From: Thermodesulfobacteriota bacterium
GTDB lineage: Bacteria; Desulfobacterota_D; UBA1144; Nemesobacterales; Mycalebacteriaceae
NCBI GenBank assembly: GCA_965226585.1
Contig: OZ245366.1
Location: 160,001 to 224,000, forward strand
DNA length: 64,000 nucleotides
Direction of reading: 5' to 3'
The translations under genes and the position numbers were made by a program. Below are positions 38,968 through 48,786 of this stretch, piece by piece. The notes beneath the pieces were generated by a model, which was not told the origin of the DNA, ran no database searches, and saw nothing but the letters and a program-made list of their open reading frames with translations. Every line of letters begins with the position of its first letter. Position 1 is the first letter of the stretch.

Positions 38968-38986
38968 CGGTTAGTCCCGTAACGGT
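38962..38986. repeat. Tandem near-palindromic 10-bp direct repeat between convergent genes
   Basis: CCGTAACGGT at 38962-38971 and 38977-38986. Confidence 0.6.
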
Positions 38987-40131
38987 CAATTCCCCGCCCC
39001 TCTAATCGTTTCAACACATTTCACAAGGGCGGTTTTCAATCTCTCAATGTGCGGGGCGGTTGTGAATCTTCCCATGCTGACGCGCAGGCAGGCGGCGGCT
39101 TTTTTCTCCCCAAGCCCCATTGCCAGAAGCACTTTGGACGGGTCAACATTGCCCTCCGAGCAGGCGGAGCCGTTTGAAACGGAAAACCCCTCAATATCAA
39201 GGGCGATAACAAGAGACTCGCCGTCTATCCCCTCAATGCCGAAGCTTGAAGTGTTTGCCACCCTCTGTGCCGTTTTCCCGTTTATCCAGCTCCCCGCAAT
39301 CCCGGCAAGAACAAAACTTTCAAAGCCGTCTCTCATCTCAGCCGCCCTCTCCATATCCGCCGCGCCTTCGCTGAGCGCGATTTCACACGCCTTTCCAAAA
39401 CCCGCTATTGCCGCCGTGTTCTCCGTGCCGCTGCGCTTTCCCCTCTCCTGTCCGCCGCCGTGTATAAGCGGAGCGGACGCAACACCCTTTCTGATAAAAA
39501 CCGCGCCCGCCCCCTTGGGCCCGCAAATTTTGTGGGATGAAACCGAAGCAAGGTCAACGGGCAGGGCGGACAGGTCAACGGGGATTTTCCCGGCGGACTG
39601 CGTGATGTCTGTGTGAAAAAGCGCGCCCGCGCTCCTTGCGACCTCGCCCACAGTTTCAACCGGCATTACAACTCCCGTTTCGTTGTTTGTGTGCATACAC
39701 GAAACAAGAGCGGTCTTTTCGCTCACGCTTTTTTTGAGAGCGGAGATGTCCGGAACGCCGTCCGAATCAACGGGCAGGCGCGTTACCTCAAAGCCGTTTT
39801 TTTCAAGGAAGTCGAAACTCTCGCGGCAGGATGAATGTTCCACCTCTGTTGTTACAACATGCCGCCTGCCCGGGCGGGAAAACGCCGCGCCCTTTACGGC
39901 GGAGTTGTTGCTTTCACTGCCACCGCTTGTAAAAAAGTATTCCGAAGGCGAGCCGCCGAGAAACGCGGCAACACGCTCGCGCGCCTCGTCAAGGGCGGCT
40001 CTCGCCTCGCGCCCGTGGGAGTGAACGCTTGACGGATTGCCGAAACCGGATTTGAAAAAGATTTCCATTTCCTCCGCCACTCTGGGGTCAACGGGGGTTG
40101 TGGCGTTGTAGTCAAGATAGACTGCGGTCAT
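38986..40131 (-). CDS. Cysteine desulfurase, group I (IscS/NifS type)
   Basis: YLDYNATTP, GNPSS.H, NNETG, SSHK..GPKG, GGGQE...RSGTEN, SNGSACS. Confidence 0.93.
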   Translation of the reverse strand: MTAVYLDYNATTPVDPRVAEEMEIFFKSGFGNPSSVHSHGREARAALDEARERVAAFLGGSPSEYFFTSGGSESNNSAVKGAAFSRPGRRHVVTTEVEHSSCRESFDFLEKNGFEVTRLPVDSDGVPDISALKKSVSEKTALVSCMHTNNETGVVMPVETVGEVARSAGALFHTDITQSAGKIPVDLSALPVDLASVSSHKICGPKGAGAVFIRKGVASAPLIHGGGQERGKRSGTENTAAIAGFGKACEIALSEGAADMERAAEMRDGFESFVLAGIAGSWINGKTAQRVANTSSFGIEGIDGESLVIALDIEGFSVSNGSACSEGNVDPSKVLLAMGLGEKKAAACLRVSMGRFTTAPHIERLKTALVKCVETIRGAGN

Positions 40132-40152
40132 TTTTCATACCTTCGGGACGGG

Positions 40153-40926
40153 TTATCTGAAAAGGTCTTCCGACCGCTTTCTCAGAAGTTCGCCCGCTCC
40201 GGACTGCGAGGATTCAAACTCAACACCTCTTGCCAGAACAACGGGACAGCCCGAATCCTTCTCCATTAAAATACCCGCCCCGGCGGCTATCTGGTCTGCA
40301 ACCGCCATTTCAGTCGCCACAAGTTCAGAGCCGCGCATATCTTTTTTTCCCCTGAAGTCCTCAAGGGCTTTTATGCCCGCGCACCCTATCGCGATGTCAA
40401 CAAGCCCCTCTCTCCACGGTCTTCCCGCAGTGTCTGAAACTATCACGGCGGGAGAAACTCCCGTGAGGTCGCCCAGTTTTGCGGCAATCCCCCGCGCCGA
40501 AGCGTCAGAGTCAACCGGGAGAAGAGTGGCAATGTCATCTCCGCCCGTGTTTGAAAGATCCACACCGGCGTTTGCCATCACCGTTTCGGTAACGGTCTCC
40601 ACTATGAGACGCCCCTTGCCCGGAGCGACCATGCCCTTGCGCACAATCCTCTTTGTCTGTCCGAGTATCACCTCCACCAGCCGGGGGTCTTTGTCAACCT
40701 CTTCCGCTATCAGGCGCGCATTCTCTGACGGCGCGACCGAGCGCAGGTCTACCGCGCGCCCTTCGGATTTGGAAACTATTTTCTGGGCGATAACAAACAC
40801 ATCGCCCGGTAACGGTGAGATTTCCGCCGCGCCGAGAGCGCGGACAATAAGAGACGCCACGCAGTCGCCCGCTTTAACTTCGGGCAACCCGCCGAGGGCT
40901 GAGAAAACTACCTGCTGTGAAGACAA
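40153..40926 (-). CDS. cofE: Coenzyme F420-0:L-glutamate ligase
   Basis: AQKIVSKSEGR, KDPRLVEVIL, ANAGVD.SN, DTAGRPWREG, DLFR. Confidence 0.95.
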   Translation of the reverse strand: MSSQQVVFSALGGLPEVKAGDCVASLIVRALGAAEISPLPGDVFVIAQKIVSKSEGRAVDLRSVAPSENARLIAEEVDKDPRLVEVILGQTKRIVRKGMVAPGKGRLIVETVTETVMANAGVDLSNTGGDDIATLLPVDSDASARGIAAKLGDLTGVSPAVIVSDTAGRPWREGLVDIAIGCAGIKALEDFRGKKDMRGSELVATEMAVADQIAAGAGILMEKDSGCPVVLARGVEFESSQSGAGELLRKRSEDLFR

Positions 40927-40932
40927 CTAAAC

Positions 40933-41361
40933 TTACGGGACGAAATGGTATCTGTATGTCTTTACGATGGTGTCGCTGCTTCCTTTCTTTCTGCCCCACA
41001 CAACAATTTTGCGCGAGCCGTCTTGCGCGGAAGGCATGGGCTCAACCGCCCTTACGGTGAAGGTGTTGCCCGTGTCCGTGTTTGTCCAGCTGTGCTCCGA
41101 CCCCTTGTCGAGAGAAGAGATGTTGCTCTTCAGGGTTTCCATGTCGTCTCCGTCCATAAGCATGTCCACAACATCGGCGCGAATATCCTTTGTGGTTGAA
41201 AGTCCGGTTGATTCAAGCGGAACAAGTCCGGCGATTTTGGATTCCGCCTGCTGTAACTCATCCTTTTTGTTGAAGAAGGGCAGCTGCGCCGCACAAGAAG
41301 AAAATAAAACGGCGGCGGCTAAAACCGCAACCGTGCGTGAAAAACAAAAAAATCTGCGCAT
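40933..41361 (-). CDS. Lipoprotein with 17-kDa surface-antigen-like C-terminal domain
   Basis: Lipobox LFSSC; WTNTDTGNTFTV resembles the W.NP.TG...V motif. SD GGAGG. Confidence 0.55.
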   Translation of the reverse strand: MRRFFCFSRTVAVLAAAVLFSSCAAQLPFFNKKDELQQAESKIAGLVPLESTGLSTTKDIRADVVDMLMDGDDMETLKSNISSLDKGSEHSWTNTDTGNTFTVRAVEPMPSAQDGSRKIVVWGRKKGSSDTIVKTYRYHFVP

Positions 41362-41379
41362 CCGGTCAAACCTCCTGAA

Positions 41380-41405
41380 AAAATGCTTTTTAATGGTAGC
41401 ATTTT
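41380..41405. promoter_or_regulatory. 8-bp inverted repeat in the divergent promoter region
   Basis: AAAATGCT-N10-AGCATTTT, overlapping -10-like hexamers on both strands. Confidence 0.4.
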
Positions 41406-41436
41406 GAAAGGAAAAAAAAAGAGAGAAACTGTTGAT

Positions 41437-42576
41437 ATGAAAAGCGGGGAAATATATTTGGACAACAACGCCTCCTCTCGCGTCCTGCCCGGCGTGGCGG
41501 AGAAGGTTGCCGAAGTTCTGGCTCTCACGGGAAACGCCTCAAGCCCGCACTCATGCGGCAGGAAAATAAGGCGCGAGGTTGAGGAGGCAAGAAAACTGTT
41601 TGCCGCCTTCATCGGGGCGGATGCCGAAGAGATTGTGTTCACAAGTTCCGGAACCGAAGCCAACAACATGGCGCTTGTTTCGGCGGTTGCGGGAGTGAAA
41701 AAACCCAAAGTTGTAACAACGGTTGTTGAACATTCATCGGTGAAAAAAATGTGCTCGCGCCTTGAGATTGACGGCGCGGAGGTTGCGCGTGTGGGCGTAG
41801 ACGGCGGCGGAATTGTGGACATGGAGGAGATGGAAAAACAGATAGCGTCCGGGGCGGCGATTGTTTCCGTGCAATGGGTGAACAACGAAACGGGCGTGAT
41901 TCAGGATGTTGAAACCATAGCGGCGATGTGCCGGGAAAAAGGGGTCGCGTTTCACACAGATGCGGCGCAGGCTCCGGGAAAGATGCCGGTTGACTCCCGC
42001 GCTCTCGGCGCGGAGTTTGCCACCTTCACGGGACACAAGTTCAACGCGCTCGCGGGTTGCGGGGCTCTTTTTGTGAAAGACCGCCTGATGCTGGGGCAGA
42101 TGATGTTCGGCGGATTTCAGGAAGGCGGATTCAGACCCGGAACGGAAAACGTTGCCGGAATAGCCGCCATGGGAAAAGCGGCGGAGATTCGCGCGGCGGA
42201 TGTTGAAGTCACGGCGCGGCGGCTTGCGGAGATGAGAGATTTTTTTGAAAAAACGGTGCTTGAATCCGTTGCCGGAACTTCGGTAAACGGAGACCCGGAA
42301 CGCAGGGTTCCGAACACGGCAAACATAGTTTTCCGCGAAACAGATGGCGAAAAAATGGTCGCCGTTCTGGACTCGCTCGGCCTCAAATGCTCGCAGAGTT
42401 CGGCTTGCACAAGTTCAGACCCTTCCCCGTCATACGTTCTGACGGCGATGGGGCTTTCCGGTGAGGACGCGAAATCAAGCGTGAGGTTCAGTTTCGGTGT
42501 GGACAACAAAATGGAGGACGCGCGGACAGCGGCGGAGTTAGTCGCGAGGGCGTGCGCGGAGTGCGGACGGCAGTGA
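41437..42576 (+). CDS. Second cysteine desulfurase, group I (NifS-like)
   Basis: YLDNNAS, FTSSGTEANN, NNETG, HTDAAQ, GHKF, RPGTEN, SQSSACTS. Confidence 0.9.
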   Translation: MKSGEIYLDNNASSRVLPGVAEKVAEVLALTGNASSPHSCGRKIRREVEEARKLFAAFIGADAEEIVFTSSGTEANNMALVSAVAGVKKPKVVTTVVEHSSVKKMCSRLEIDGAEVARVGVDGGGIVDMEEMEKQIASGAAIVSVQWVNNETGVIQDVETIAAMCREKGVAFHTDAAQAPGKMPVDSRALGAEFATFTGHKFNALAGCGALFVKDRLMLGQMMFGGFQEGGFRPGTENVAGIAAMGKAAEIRAADVEVTARRLAEMRDFFEKTVLESVAGTSVNGDPERRVPNTANIVFRETDGEKMVAVLDSLGLKCSQSSACTSSDPSPSYVLTAMGLSGEDAKSSVRFSFGVDNKMEDARTAAELVARACAECGRQ

Positions 42577-45500
42577 AGCCGCGCGGCGCAAAGCGTCTGC
42601 CGCAGAGCGGCGGGAAATGTGCGTAGAGAGAAAAATTCTGGCGTCATCAAGAAGTATGTAGAGCATCGGTATGATGAACAGCAGAATGACGGTTCCGAAA
42701 AGAAGACCGAAGCCGAGCGCGATCGCCATCGGGGCAAGGAAAGCGGTTTCGCCGCGAGTCTGATACATAAGGGTGGAAAGCCCGCCGAATGTCGTGAGAG
42801 AGGTGATGATGATGGGTCTGAAGCGGTACTTCGTGGCAACCGCGACCGCGAAGATGCGCCTCATCGTGCGCTTTCTGCGGTTTATAAAGTCCATAAGAAC
42901 AAGGCTGTCATTCACAACAACGCCCATAAGAGCCACCGTGCCGATAATCGCCGGAAGCGTGAACGGCTCAACTCTCAGCAGAACCCCGATGAGAACTCCC
43001 ACAAGGGCGAAAGGCATCACGCTCATTATGATGAAGGGCTGGGTGTACGAGTTGAGAATGGAGGCGAGGATTATGTATATCAGCATAAACGCGATGAGCG
43101 ATGCCCTGATGATGTCTTGCAGAGCGGCTTGAAAATCCTCCGCCTCTCCGCCGAGGTCAAACGAATATCCGGGATAGCTTTTTATGACGCCTGAGAGAAA
43201 ATCCCCCACTTCCGCGTTTGCCTTGTTTGAGGTTATTATCCCCTGATCCACCTCTGCGGAAACGGTTGCCGTTCTGTTGTAGTTGACCCTTCTGATGTCA
43301 AGAAGGGCGGGCTGAATATCAACATCCGCCACGTTTCCGAGCGAAACCCATCCGCCCGTGTCAGACTTTATCTGGTGCGTGTTCAGAAGGGAGGAAACAT
43401 CGGACGGAGGACCTCTGTACCTGAGTTTGATTGCGGCCTCCTCTTTTCCAACTCTGGTGAGAGCGGCTTCAAGACCGTCTCCGAGAGCCCGCACCTCTCT
43501 GGCTATCTTCGCGGTATCAAGACCGAAATCCGCCGCCTTTTTCTCGTCCACCCTCAGGTTCACCTCTTTCTTGCCCGGCAGAAGGTCGCTGCTTACGCCG
43601 AAAACCCCCCGGATGCCGGAAAGATGCTGTTCGGTGAGAGTGGCAATTTCTCTCAAAACATCCATGTTGGGCCCGTATATCCGCACCTTCACGGGCTTGC
43701 CAACCGGCGGCCCCACGTCTATCACAAAGTCTGTGAGGGCGGGCGCGGCAACAGAGGCGGCAACCTTTTCTCTGACTCTGTTCATAACCTCCTTGCCGTT
43801 TTCCGAACGCTTTTCGTAATCTTCGTACTCAACAACAATGGTTGCCAGATGGTCGCCCGTTGTGGTTATGTCTCCGCCGGCGGAATCTATACCGACAACC
43901 GACAGTATGTTTTTCAAGACGTGCGGGGGAACTTCGCTCTTTGCTATCTTCTCTATCTTCCTCACAGACTCTTCGGTGTAGTCAAGATTTGCCTGCGCGG
44001 GCATTCTCACGCGCACGAGAAACTCAACCGTGTCGCGCACGTAGAAAATAACAACCGGCATTCTTGACGCGATTGCCATAGACACAAACAAAAGCGCCAT
44101 CATAACGCCCATAACCGCGTACCGTTTTCTGAGGCAGAAAACCAGACCCTTCATATAGACCGAGCGCATCGCTATCACCCACTTGCGCGACTGCTCCCTC
44201 GCCACCGGTTTGAGGTGTTCGGCGCAGTGTGAAGGCATTATCAGAAACGCTTCAAGAAGCGAAACAATGAGGGCGAATATGGCAACCTGCGGAATGATTG
44301 AGAGGAACTTCCCTATAAGGCCGCCGGCAACAAGAAGCGGCATAAACGCCGCGAGATTTGTCAGCACGGTCGCCATAACGGGAACCGCCACCTCCCTTGT
44401 GCCTTCAAGGGCGGCGCGGGCGGGCTCAACTCCGGCGGTAATGTAGCGCTGTACGTTCTCCACAACCACAACGGCGTCGTCAACCACTATGCCGATAACA
44501 AGCACCATTCCGAACATGGAGATAAGGTTCAGCGTGAGACCGGCGAACTTCATAAGCACCAGCGCGCCGAAAAAAGACACCGGTATTCCAACCGCGCAAA
44601 TTATGGCGGCGCGAGGATTGAGAAACAGCGCGAGCACGATAAGGACAAGGGCGAGACCGATGGAGCCGCTTTTGAGCATCGTGGAAAAACGCTTCTGCGC
44701 GTAAACGGAGTTGTCGCTTGTGATAAAAACCTCAATCCCTTCGGGAAATCCGGAGCGGGATTTTTCTATCTCCCTGTTTATCCTCTCAACGGTTTTTATC
44801 GCGTGAATGTCTTTCTGTTTGCTGATAAGAAAAGAGATTGCCGGCTTTCCGTTTATCCTTGAGCGCGTAACCTCTTTCTCGGTTCCGAGTCTCACTTTCG
44901 CCACCTGACTCAAAAGCACTTGAGTTTTTCCGGCTTTGAGCGGAACGGAAAGAATCTCGCTCTCTGAACGCATCTTTCCCCTTGTTCGTATCAGATACTC
45001 AAAATCGCCCTGTCTCAACTTTCCGCCGGGCAGGTCTATGTTTCTTCCCGCAATCGCGTCCTTCACCTCTTTTATTGATATGTTGTGCTGGCGCAGTTTC
45101 AGCGGGTCTATGTTGACCCAGAAAACCGGGTCGCTGAGCCCCGAAGTGGTGAGCGACCCAACCCCTTTTACGAGCCGCAGTTTGTCTCTGAGTTTTAGGG
45201 CGTGCTGTCTGAGGACAAGCGGGTCAATGTCTCCCCCGATGGAAACGTTGATAAGAGGAAAGTTCGGTTCAAGCTCTTTGACAACCGGGGCTTCGCTGTC
45301 TTCGGGAAGGCGGTCGTGAATGGCGGACACTCGCGAATCTATGTCCTGGGCGGCTCTTGCGGGATCCTCTCCGGGACGCAGTTCAACAACTATCACCGAA
45401 GAGCCCTCGGACGAAACGGAGTTCACCCTGTCTATTGATGAGAGATCGTTTATCTCCTCCTCTATGGGAACCGTGATAAGACGCTCAACATCTTCGGCGG

Positions 45501-45663
45501 TCGCGCCCTGATACGAAGTGCGGATAACAACGGTCTCAAGGCCGACCGAGGGAAAAGTTTCAAGCGGCAGGGAAAGGTAGATTAAAAATCCCGAAATTAT
45601 CACCCCCGCCATAAGGAGGTTGGAAAAAACGGGATTTCGGACTGAGAAACCTATCAGGTTCAT
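42538..45663 (-). CDS. RND efflux transporter permease (AcrB-like)
   Basis: GIVVDDAVVVVEN, PSHC, GVVVNDS, RFRPI..TSLTT; 1041 aa. Confidence 0.95.
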   Translation of the reverse strand: MNLIGFSVRNPVFSNLLMAGVIISGFLIYLSLPLETFPSVGLETVVIRTSYQGATAEDVERLITVPIEEEINDLSSIDRVNSVSSEGSSVIVVELRPGEDPARAAQDIDSRVSAIHDRLPEDSEAPVVKELEPNFPLINVSIGGDIDPLVLRQHALKLRDKLRLVKGVGSLTTSGLSDPVFWVNIDPLKLRQHNISIKEVKDAIAGRNIDLPGGKLRQGDFEYLIRTRGKMRSESEILSVPLKAGKTQVLLSQVAKVRLGTEKEVTRSRINGKPAISFLISKQKDIHAIKTVERINREIEKSRSGFPEGIEVFITSDNSVYAQKRFSTMLKSGSIGLALVLIVLALFLNPRAAIICAVGIPVSFFGALVLMKFAGLTLNLISMFGMVLVIGIVVDDAVVVVENVQRYITAGVEPARAALEGTREVAVPVMATVLTNLAAFMPLLVAGGLIGKFLSIIPQVAIFALIVSLLEAFLIMPSHCAEHLKPVAREQSRKWVIAMRSVYMKGLVFCLRKRYAVMGVMMALLFVSMAIASRMPVVIFYVRDTVEFLVRVRMPAQANLDYTEESVRKIEKIAKSEVPPHVLKNILSVVGIDSAGGDITTTGDHLATIVVEYEDYEKRSENGKEVMNRVREKVAASVAAPALTDFVIDVGPPVGKPVKVRIYGPNMDVLREIATLTEQHLSGIRGVFGVSSDLLPGKKEVNLRVDEKKAADFGLDTAKIAREVRALGDGLEAALTRVGKEEAAIKLRYRGPPSDVSSLLNTHQIKSDTGGWVSLGNVADVDIQPALLDIRRVNYNRTATVSAEVDQGIITSNKANAEVGDFLSGVIKSYPGYSFDLGGEAEDFQAALQDIIRASLIAFMLIYIILASILNSYTQPFIIMSVMPFALVGVLIGVLLRVEPFTLPAIIGTVALMGVVVNDSLVLMDFINRRKRTMRRIFAVAVATKYRFRPIIITSLTTFGGLSTLMYQTRGETAFLAPMAIALGFGLLFGTVILLFIIPMLYILLDDARIFLSTHISRRSAADALRRAASLPSALRARPRD

Positions 45664-45664
45664 G

Positions 45665-46801
45665 CTAACGGTCTTTCAAAATCTCCACCTCGCTTCCTTC
45701 GCTGAGGCGGGAGTTTCCCTCCGTAACTATGCGCGAGCCCGGAGGAAACACGGACGCGGAAACCGCAACGGTTGACGAATCTATCCGCACCGGGTTTTCA
45801 GGAATGTCTATCCTCTGCGACCTTCCGCCGGAGACAACAAAAACAAACGGCTTTTTGTTGTCGTAAAGCAGAGCCGTTACCGGAACGCTCACAACGCCCG
45901 TAAGCAGGCCTGACTGAACTTTCAAATTGACAAACTCGCCCGACCACAGCGTCTCTCCGCCCGCGCCGCTGTCCACCGAAACTTCAAGCGAGTAGGTTGT
46001 GCCGCCGGAATCCGCTTCGGTGCTCACGCCCCTCACGGTTCCCTCAGCCGTCTGTTTTCCCTCAGGCGTTTTATACTCAATCACAACCTTCGCGCCGCGC
46101 TTTGTTCTTTTGGCGACCGAAGAGTCAACACCGGCAACTATGTGGTTCTTCCGTTCGCCCGCCACCCTCGCGACCTCTTCGCCCTTGGCAACCTCCTGCC
46201 CCGGGTCGGGAACTATCTCAACAATCCTCCCCGAAAGCGGGGAGCGAATCTTTGTGCGTTCGTAATTCCATTTGGCTTTTTTATATGACGCCTCAAAAAC
46301 CTCCAGTTGCGATGACGCTCTGAGGCGTTTGTTGTTCGCCGAATCAAGTTCATCCTGCGACACGACTCCTTTTCCAAAAAGCCGTTTGTATTGATTGTAT
46401 TTTCTGTCCGCCTCGTCAAAGTCCGACTGCGCCGTATGAAAAAGCCCCTCCGCCTCTCCAAGCTCAAAGGCGCGCACGCTGTCTTCAAGAACCATAAGTA
46501 TGTCGCCTTTCGAAACGCCGTCTCCGCGCCGCTTTTCTATGCCGGAGACAAAGCCGTCCGCCCCTGAAAACACCCTTACGCTCTGGTCGCCTTCAACCCT
46601 TCCGAGAACCGTGTCATACAGCCGCACCTCACCCGCCAGAACCTGCACAGCCCTTACGGGAACGGGCTGTTGAGTGTCAATGCCTGATGAGCGCGAGAAC
46701 ACAAATCTGAAATAGAGAAGGAATATCAGGGCGAGGAAAATCCCGACCATCCAGTAAAACTTTCTCCACTGCTTTCCGTAATCTTTTTCTGTCTGCGACA
46801 T
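45665..46801 (-). CDS. RND periplasmic adaptor (membrane fusion protein)
   Basis: N-terminal TM, V.KGD.L, helical hairpin, IRSPLSG.I, VP..AL, IVTEG. Confidence 0.9.
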   Translation of the reverse strand: MSQTEKDYGKQWRKFYWMVGIFLALIFLLYFRFVFSRSSGIDTQQPVPVRAVQVLAGEVRLYDTVLGRVEGDQSVRVFSGADGFVSGIEKRRGDGVSKGDILMVLEDSVRAFELGEAEGLFHTAQSDFDEADRKYNQYKRLFGKGVVSQDELDSANNKRLRASSQLEVFEASYKKAKWNYERTKIRSPLSGRIVEIVPDPGQEVAKGEEVARVAGERKNHIVAGVDSSVAKRTKRGAKVVIEYKTPEGKQTAEGTVRGVSTEADSGGTTYSLEVSVDSGAGGETLWSGEFVNLKVQSGLLTGVVSVPVTALLYDNKKPFVFVVSGGRSQRIDIPENPVRIDSSTVAVSASVFPPGSRIVTEGNSRLSEGSEVEILKDR

Positions 46802-46888
46802 AGTGGTCCTCTTGCGAGTTTGCTCCGGAGCAAACGCCCGGCGAAAATCCGCCCGCGGCATTCTTTATTTTACACTCATAAATCAGGG

Positions 46889-46917
46889 TTGAAATCAAGA
46901 TTTGTTTATAATACAAT
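46889..46917 (+). promoter_or_regulatory. Putative promoter of the HU gene
   Basis: TTGAAA-17-TACAAT. Confidence 0.55.
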
Positions 46918-46950
46918 CGCCCAAACACAAGTAGTCACGGGAGGTTCACT

Positions 46951-47229
46951 ATGACTAAGTCTGATATCGCATCTCATCTGGCCGACGCATGCGGGGTTTC
47001 CAAAAAAACCGCAACAGAGATTCTTGACGAACTCGCGCAGGTCACATACAGGGAAACAAAGAAGTCGAAAGATTTCACTTTCCCCGGTCTCGGCAAGTTT
47101 GTCGTTGCCAAACGCAAAGCGCGCATGGGGCGCAACCCCGCCACCGGCAAGGAGATAAAAATCCCTGCGAAGAACGTGGTGAAGTTCAAAGTGGCGAAAG
47201 CCTGCAAAGACGCAGTAGTTGGCGGCTGA
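46951..47229 (+). CDS. hup: HU-family DNA-binding protein
   Basis: MTKSD, FPGLGKF, RKARMGRNPATG.EIKIPAK.VVKFK. SD GGGAGG. Confidence 0.95.
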   Translation: MTKSDIASHLADACGVSKKTATEILDELAQVTYRETKKSKDFTFPGLGKFVVAKRKARMGRNPATGKEIKIPAKNVVKFKVAKACKDAVVGG

Positions 47230-47256
47230 GGCAACCACTACGACAGAAAAATAAAG

Positions 47257-47286
47257 AAACCGGAACGTAAAACTTCCGGTTTTTTT
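47257..47286. terminator. Bidirectional intrinsic terminator
   Basis: AAACCGGAA-loop-TTCCGGTTT followed by a T-run, A-rich on the 5' side; between convergent genes. Confidence 0.85.
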
Positions 47287-48043
47287 ATTTCATTTTTTCA
47301 GGCGACAGGGTGAAGATTATCTTCTCCCTCTCTGCCGTTTTCATTTCGGCAATCAGTTCACCGCTAGCGGCGAATTTTTCCGCCCGTGTGCGGCGGAACG
47401 CAGTTTCAAAACTCAAGCTTTCATCGCGGGCAAAGGGCCAAGGGGAAATCCCGAAGGCATTTTCCCCCGTCATTTGAAGGCGCACGGTTGTCTCCCCGCT
47501 TTTTTCAAGGGGCACTTGCCCAACTTCAAAAGTTTCCCATCCGTGGCAAAGCGCGAGGGAAATGGCGTCTCCCGTCCGGAGCAATTTCAGGTTTTTTTGA
47601 GTTTGCGCGCAAAGGCGGGAAACGCTTGAGACACCGAGCGTTTTTTTGACGAGGTTTTCTATTTCATCTTTGAGCGAGAGAGACCACTTGTTCGGCTTGC
47701 GCGAAAGCACGCGCTCGTTGAATTTGTTGAAATGGAGCGCGATAAGAGCCGCCGCCCATGGGTTTGCGCCCGCGTGTTTCTCAAATGACCGCCGCCATAT
47801 CTCCGTCTGGCGGGGCGGGGAGATTTCCGTAAAGTCTTCCGGCTCGCCGCGCGGGTTGAGAGACGGGCTTGCGTCTGTTTCCTTCCATCCGCAGTCGTGT
47901 TCCGATATGGCGAAAAGCAGTTCATCCGGCGGGTCGGGAAAGAAAAACCGTCCGCCCCACAAACTCATTATCTCCGCTGAAAGCCGAGCGTGGTCGTCTT
48001 GTGTGAACAAAAGCCACCCGCCGCCGTGCTTTCTGCGAATCAT
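47285..48043 (-). CDS. DUF3891-family protein
   Basis: MI.R...W...Q.DHA.LS, AI.EHD.GW, P.DF, AA.LI.LH, D.ISLALC, PWPF. Confidence 0.75.
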   Translation of the reverse strand: MIRRKHGGGWLLFTQDDHARLSAEIMSLWGGRFFFPDPPDELLFAISEHDCGWKETDASPSLNPRGEPEDFTEISPPRQTEIWRRSFEKHAGANPWAAALIALHFNKFNERVLSRKPNKWSLSLKDEIENLVKKTLGVSSVSRLCAQTQKNLKLLRTGDAISLALCHGWETFEVGQVPLEKSGETTVRLQMTGENAFGISPWPFARDESLSFETAFRRTRAEKFAASGELIAEMKTAEREKIIFTLSPEKMK

Positions 48044-48132
48044 AGTCCGCAAGGATAACACAGCGCCGCCGCCCTGAAATACCGCCTGATGAGGAAACTC
48101 AAAATCTTTCCGCTCAAAGCGGGCATAATACG

Positions 48133-48786
48133 GTGGTTATGGCGGAAAGCTCGGTTAAAACCCGAATTATAGGCGCGGCGGAAGAGCGGGCGGAGGAAAT
48201 CGCGGCGGAAACCGTTTTTGCGGGCGGAGTAATTGTCTATCCCACCGAAACGCTTTACGGAATAGGCGGTCTCGCTCTGGACAGGGGCGTGGCGCGCAGG
48301 GTGTCAGATATAAAGCGGAGACCGCCGGACAAACCGCTTTCCGTTCTGGTGAAAAACACTGAGATGCTTTCCCGCTACTTCCAAATCACGGAAAAACAGA
48401 CAGACGCCATCAAAAAAATCCTTCCTCTGCCCGTAACAGTTGTTCTGAACGCCGCAGAGGGGGTGCAATTCCCGCCCGAAGTGTCAAACAACGGGCAGAC
48501 CGCCGCGAGAGTGTCGTGCGGGGAGTTTGTCGGCAAACTCTTCAGCCTGCTTGACGAGCCGCTCATTTCATCCAGCGCGAACATAAGCGGCTCAGCAAAT
48601 ATATCAAACGGCTCAGAGGCGGAGAAGATTTTCGGCGGCAAGGTTGAACTAATAGTTGATTCCGGTAATCTACCGCCATCACAAGGCTCGGCGATAATAA
48701 ATCTGACCGGAAAAAAACCCGGTGTGTTGCGCGGGGGCGATATTGAGCCCGAAAAATTGAGTGATTTTTTGAAATGGCTGTCGTAA
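48133..48786 (+). CDS. tsaC: L-threonylcarbamoyladenylate synthase (TsaC/Sua5)
   Basis: YPTETLYG, IKRRPPDKP, SSSANISG. Start at GTG 48133 or ATG 48139. Confidence 0.92.
   Translation: MVMAESSVKTRIIGAAEERAEEIAAETVFAGGVIVYPTETLYGIGGLALDRGVARRVSDIKRRPPDKPLSVLVKNTEMLSRYFQITEKQTDAIKKILPLPVTVVLNAAEGVQFPPEVSNNGQTAARVSCGEFVGKLFSLLDEPLISSSANISGSANISNGSEAEKIFGGKVELIVDSGNLPPSQGSAIINLTGKKPGVLRGGDIEPEKLSDFLKWLS

Noticed and set aside
42619..44067. 190-230-aa + strand ORFs within the RND gene (and similar antisense ORFs across ruvAB, cofD, iscS)
   Set aside because: Fully overlap well-supported genes on the opposite strand; no recognisable domains or start signals.
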